This document shows, in pieces, positions 44,047 through 46,789 of a DNA stretch of 46,789 bases. Position 1 is the first letter of the stretch. Each line of letters starts with the position of its first letter. The notes beneath the pieces are model-generated. The model saw only the letters and a list, made by a program, of their open reading frames with translations. It did no database searches and had not been told where the DNA came from. The DNA lies in the NCBI GenBank assembly GCA_021107575.1, contig JAIOSM010000100.1:1-46789 (forward strand), read 5' to 3'. The position numbers and the translations under genes are program-made. This stretch comes from Desulfobacteraceae bacterium. GTDB lineage: Bacteria; Desulfobacterota; Desulfobacteria; Desulfobacterales; Desulfobacteraceae.

Positions 44047-44904
44047 ATGATAAAAACAACGGATTTATTTCGAATTGGATTAAAATACAAACTTAAAGAA
44101 CATAAGCTAACTCAAAAAGAGCTTGCTATAAAAATAGGTTTTATGCCAAATCACATTAGTCAATATTTAACTATGGCTATTAATTTTTCTGAGAACAAAC
44201 GCGATATAATTGCTGATTTTTTTAATCTTACTTCTTTAGAAATGATGAATTTAGGTGAAAAACTTCATCAACAGGGAGGTAGTGTTGACAATATCGTTCA
44301 TGTTGCTAAATTCCATAATCCAGTTAAAAAAGGAAAAGTCCTGGAACGTAAAGAAAATAAATTATATACAATTTTAAATATTATATCATATATCGCTCAA
44401 GAGTTGATTAATGCTAAATGCGATACTACTTTTCATAAAATACTTAAAATTATTTATTTTGCTGACCAAGATCATTTGGTTCGATATGAGAACCCAGTTA
44501 CATTTGATAAATACTTTGCAATGGATCACGGGCCTGTTGCAAGTGAAACATATAATCTTTTGAAAATGATTAAAGGAGAGGATACCTGGTTTTTTAAAGA
44601 TGAGTTTTTAGACTTTATAACTGTAAAAGATAATCATTATGTTTATCCGCTTATTAAAGCCGATTTAAGCGTTTTAAGGAAAACTGCTAAGGCATGTATT
44701 GATAATTCTATTAAAATTCATAAATCAATGCGTTTTAAAGAGCTAAGAGATAAATCTCATGATGCTGCATACTTAAAAACAATGACTGAAAAAGAAAACA
44801 ATGGTGATATTATGAAAATGTCAGCTATTCCTTATCACGAGATTGCAAAAGCTGGCGGTGCGGATGAAGCAACTGTGGAGTATATTAAAAAAACTTTTAT
44901 TTAA
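44047..44904 (+). CDS. XRE-family HTH fused to a Panacea (DUF4065/SocA/GepA-like) antitoxin-type domain
   Basis: N-terminal LTQKELAIKIGFMPNHISQYL. The C-terminal KILKIIYFADQDHLVRYENPVTFDKYFAMDHGPVASETYNLLK matches the DUF4065 signature. Confidence 0.75.
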   Translation: MIKTTDLFRIGLKYKLKEHKLTQKELAIKIGFMPNHISQYLTMAINFSENKRDIIADFFNLTSLEMMNLGEKLHQQGGSVDNIVHVAKFHNPVKKGKVLERKENKLYTILNIISYIAQELINAKCDTTFHKILKIIYFADQDHLVRYENPVTFDKYFAMDHGPVASETYNLLKMIKGEDTWFFKDEFLDFITVKDNHYVYPLIKADLSVLRKTAKACIDNSIKIHKSMRFKELRDKSHDAAYLKTMTEKENNGDIMKMSAIPYHEIAKAGGADEATVEYIKKTFI

Positions 44905-44991
44905 TATATCTTGTTTTTTTGTAGATTTTTTTTCTCGTCTTTTTATTTTTTTTGCCCTACCCTCTTTTTTAAAATTTTTAGTTATAATAAA

Positions 44992-46344
44992 TTAATTTTT
45001 TAAATACTCTTTTCTAAGAAACGTTTTTAAAGTTAAGTCAAGTTCCCCTGTTTTTTTATAAATTTCAAGGGATTTTTTTGTTCTTGTAGATTTAAAAAAA
45101 GATTTAGAAATTAACAATTCGTTAATTAACTTTTTTAAAGATTCTGGATTTTTTATTTCTAATTCAAAAGATTTTTTATTTTCTAATTCTAAAGCCTGGA
45201 TTTCAATTTCTTCAAGTTCTTTTTGTGCTCGTAATTCTATTTCTAATTTTTCTTTTCTTTTACGAAGTCTTTTTTCTTCCGGAAACTCAAATCCTTTTGG
45301 CTTTGAAAGACCTCCGTTTTTAATAGCAATATAAAATAAACCAAGTTTTGATTTATTTGGTTTATTTATGTCTGGATGTTTTTCTCCAATTTGAAGCTCT
45401 CTTAATAAATCCTCAGGAGTTAAATCTTCAAATTCATTTAACCAGGTTTTACATTTTCTAATACTTAAATCTTTTTTCCAGAACTCTGAGTTTTCTAGAA
45501 AGATAGAAAGATTATTATAATCTATCTTTCTATCTATATAAAGAGAATTCGGTTGCTTAGGTACTTGCTCGGTTGTTCGCTTGCTCGGTTGTTCAGGTAG
45601 TTGCTCGGTTGCTCGGTTGTTCGGTTGCTCGATTAAAGTTGAACCAAATAATTTCAAACATTTAATTTCATTAACAACACAAGTAGAACCATTGTTAACG
45701 CCATCGTTAATACTAAATGGTTTTGATATATATCCTTTTTTTACAAGACTGTTTAAACAATTTCTGACTGTGCCATATTTTATTTTTAATAAACCTTCTA
45801 ATCCGCTTGAACCTTTAACTTTAAAGGGGCGAGTAAAATAAATAGTATGTAAAATTTGGTATTGGTTTAATTTTAAGTCAGCAGGTTTCTTTTCTATAAA
45901 AAAGCGAGGCACTTGCTCGGTTATTCGCTTGCTCGGTTGTTCAGGTAGTTGCTCGGTTGCTCGGTTGTTCGGTTGTTCAGACACTTGCTCGGTTGCTCGG
46001 TTGTTCGGTTGTTCGAGCAATTGTTCAGACACTTGTTCGAGCAATTGCTCAGGCACTTGCCCGGTTGTTCGGTTGCTCGGTTGCTCGGTTGTTCTGATAC
46101 CCTGTTGTGTACTCCTAACTTGCTTGTTACTTCCTTGTAGGTCGGTTGTTATTTCCTCGTTGTCTTTAACGGGTTTATTAACAAGAGGAGTTTTTATTTT
46201 TTGTAGTTTAGCAGGATTTAAATCAGGAAAATCTTTTTTATTAGTTTTAACTTTTTTTAATTTTGATTTGATAGAATTTGTTAAAATTTCACTATCTTTA
46301 TTTTCAATATTTGCTTTTCTAACTTGATCCGCAAAGGATGCCAT
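44992..46344 (-). CDS. repeat-rich winged-HTH protein in the ParB/adaptor position downstream of parA
   Basis: ATG at 46344 follows AGGTGA (the track's GTG at 46353 abuts the parA stop). 12-aa repeats EQPNNRATEQ(V/L)(S/P) flank a wHTH-like YGTVRNCLNSLVKKGYISKPF. C-terminal coiled-coil. Confidence 0.7.
   Translation of the reverse strand: MASFADQVRKANIENKDSEILTNSIKSKLKKVKTNKKDFPDLNPAKLQKIKTPLVNKPVKDNEEITTDLQGSNKQVRSTQQGIRTTEQPSNRTTGQVPEQLLEQVSEQLLEQPNNRATEQVSEQPNNRATEQLPEQPSKRITEQVPRFFIEKKPADLKLNQYQILHTIYFTRPFKVKGSSGLEGLLKIKYGTVRNCLNSLVKKGYISKPFSINDGVNNGSTCVVNEIKCLKLFGSTLIEQPNNRATEQLPEQPSKRTTEQVPKQPNSLYIDRKIDYNNLSIFLENSEFWKKDLSIRKCKTWLNEFEDLTPEDLLRELQIGEKHPDINKPNKSKLGLFYIAIKNGGLSKPKGFEFPEEKRLRKRKEKLEIELRAQKELEEIEIQALELENKKSFELEIKNPESLKKLINELLISKSFFKSTRTKKSLEIYKKTGELDLTLKTFLRKEYLKN
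45911..46095. repeat. tract of 36-bp (12-codon) and shorter CTCGGTTG-based tandem repeats inside the coding sequence; its first 65 bp recur at 45563-45627
   Basis: 45911-45975 and 45563-45627 are identical at 64 of 65 positions. The tract continues with GCTCGGTTGTTCGGTTG-type units to about 46095. Confidence 0.85.
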
Positions 46345-46353
46345 AATTGTCAC

Positions 46354-46789
46354 CTATAGTTTTTCACTTGTTTCTGCAACTAATTCAGTGGCTAGCTCTT
46401 TAAAGAGAGTTGTAATTTTTTCATTTGGTTTATGTAAAAAAACTGTTTTGTGTAAATATTCAGCCTGCTGCATAGCTGTGCAAACAGGTATAATAGTTTT
46501 AAAACAATACTTCTGGCCATAATCATTTAAAACGCGAGCGATTAATACTTTACTAACGCTTGTTCTGCGGTCAGCTTTATTCATTACTAATTTCAGGAAA
46601 CGTAAGTCTTTGTTTCTTTCTTGCATGGCGGATATTAAATCAAGTACCTTATCATGCCCCTCAAGGCTATGAAGAGAGCTAACTTCAATGGGAATAATAA
46701 CAATATGACTTGCATTAAGAGAGATGCTTAATGTTACATCCAGGGAAGGGGGGGTATCAATAAGAACATAATCATAGTCTTTTGTAAAA
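46354..46789 (-). CDS. parA: ParA/Soj-family partition ATPase, 5' end outside the window
   Basis: The frame is open from the window edge: FTKDYDYVLIDTPPSLDVTLSISLNASHIVIIPIEVSSL... then continues into track ORF 46354..46626. Confidence 0.85.
   Translation of the reverse strand, partial: FTKDYDYVLIDTPPSLDVTLSISLNASHIVIIPIEVSSLHSLEGHDKVLDLISAMQERNKDLRFLKLVMNKADRRTSVSKVLIARVLNDYGQKYCFKTIIPVCTAMQQAEYLHKTVFLHKPNEKITTLFKELATELVAETSEKL

Noticed and set aside
37872-46095. Possibility that the 12-bp, 21-bp or 36-bp repeat tracts are CRISPR arrays
   Set aside because: The units are contiguous or 21-bp phased, with no unique spacers of CRISPR size. No cas genes are present, and two of the tracts lie inside coding sequence.
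45581-46327. Plus-strand ORFs (45581..45841, 45929..46327, 45949..46140) with LGCSGSCSVARLFGCS-type repeats
   Set aside because: They are antisense translations of the tandem repeats inside the 450-aa minus-strand gene. The minus-strand frame is much longer and has the RBS and parA coupling.

Overview
AT-rich (about one-third G+C by eye) 46.8-kb piece of a conjugative plasmid-like element. No integrase or att site is visible, so an ICE cannot be excluded. From 22.1 to 46.8 kb, almost all on the minus strand, lies the backbone. It holds a partial parA, a repeat-rich wHTH protein in the ParB position, an XRE-Panacea gene, a 21-bp phased iteron-like array and a candidate oriT. The oriT candidate is an 18-bp inverted repeat carrying ATCCTGC. 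Next come two MobC paralogs, a relaxase, and a complete VirB/Trb-type T4SS (B2, B3, B4, B5-like, B6, B8, split B9, B10, B11). The T4SS locus is interrupted by an 829-aa secreted glycine-rich-domain protein and a truncated ORF6N gene. It is followed by topoisomerase III, VirD4 and a VirB1-like transglycosylase fused to an SNase nuclease. From 0 to 22 kb is accessory DNA. It holds a RadC pair, two unknown genes, and a C5-methyltransferase/Vsr/MvaI-BcnI-like restriction module. It also holds a serine recombinase, a GAMT-like methyltransferase coupled to a Na+/solute symporter, and a SLOG (YpsA-like) gene with a PRTase remnant. My top candidate for an undescribed system is an 8.1-kb cargo bracketed by ~195-bp inverted IS3-tail remnants. 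This cargo carries a VMAP-like / MoxR AAA+ / vWA-FGE three-gene cassette. The cassette is preceded by a motif-degenerate ADP-forming acyl-CoA-synthetase-like protein and a small helical protein. Two genes (vsr and the virB5-like gene) are broken at A9 homopolymers, which raises an assembly-error caveat. All family calls rest on motif recognition by eye and no searches were run.
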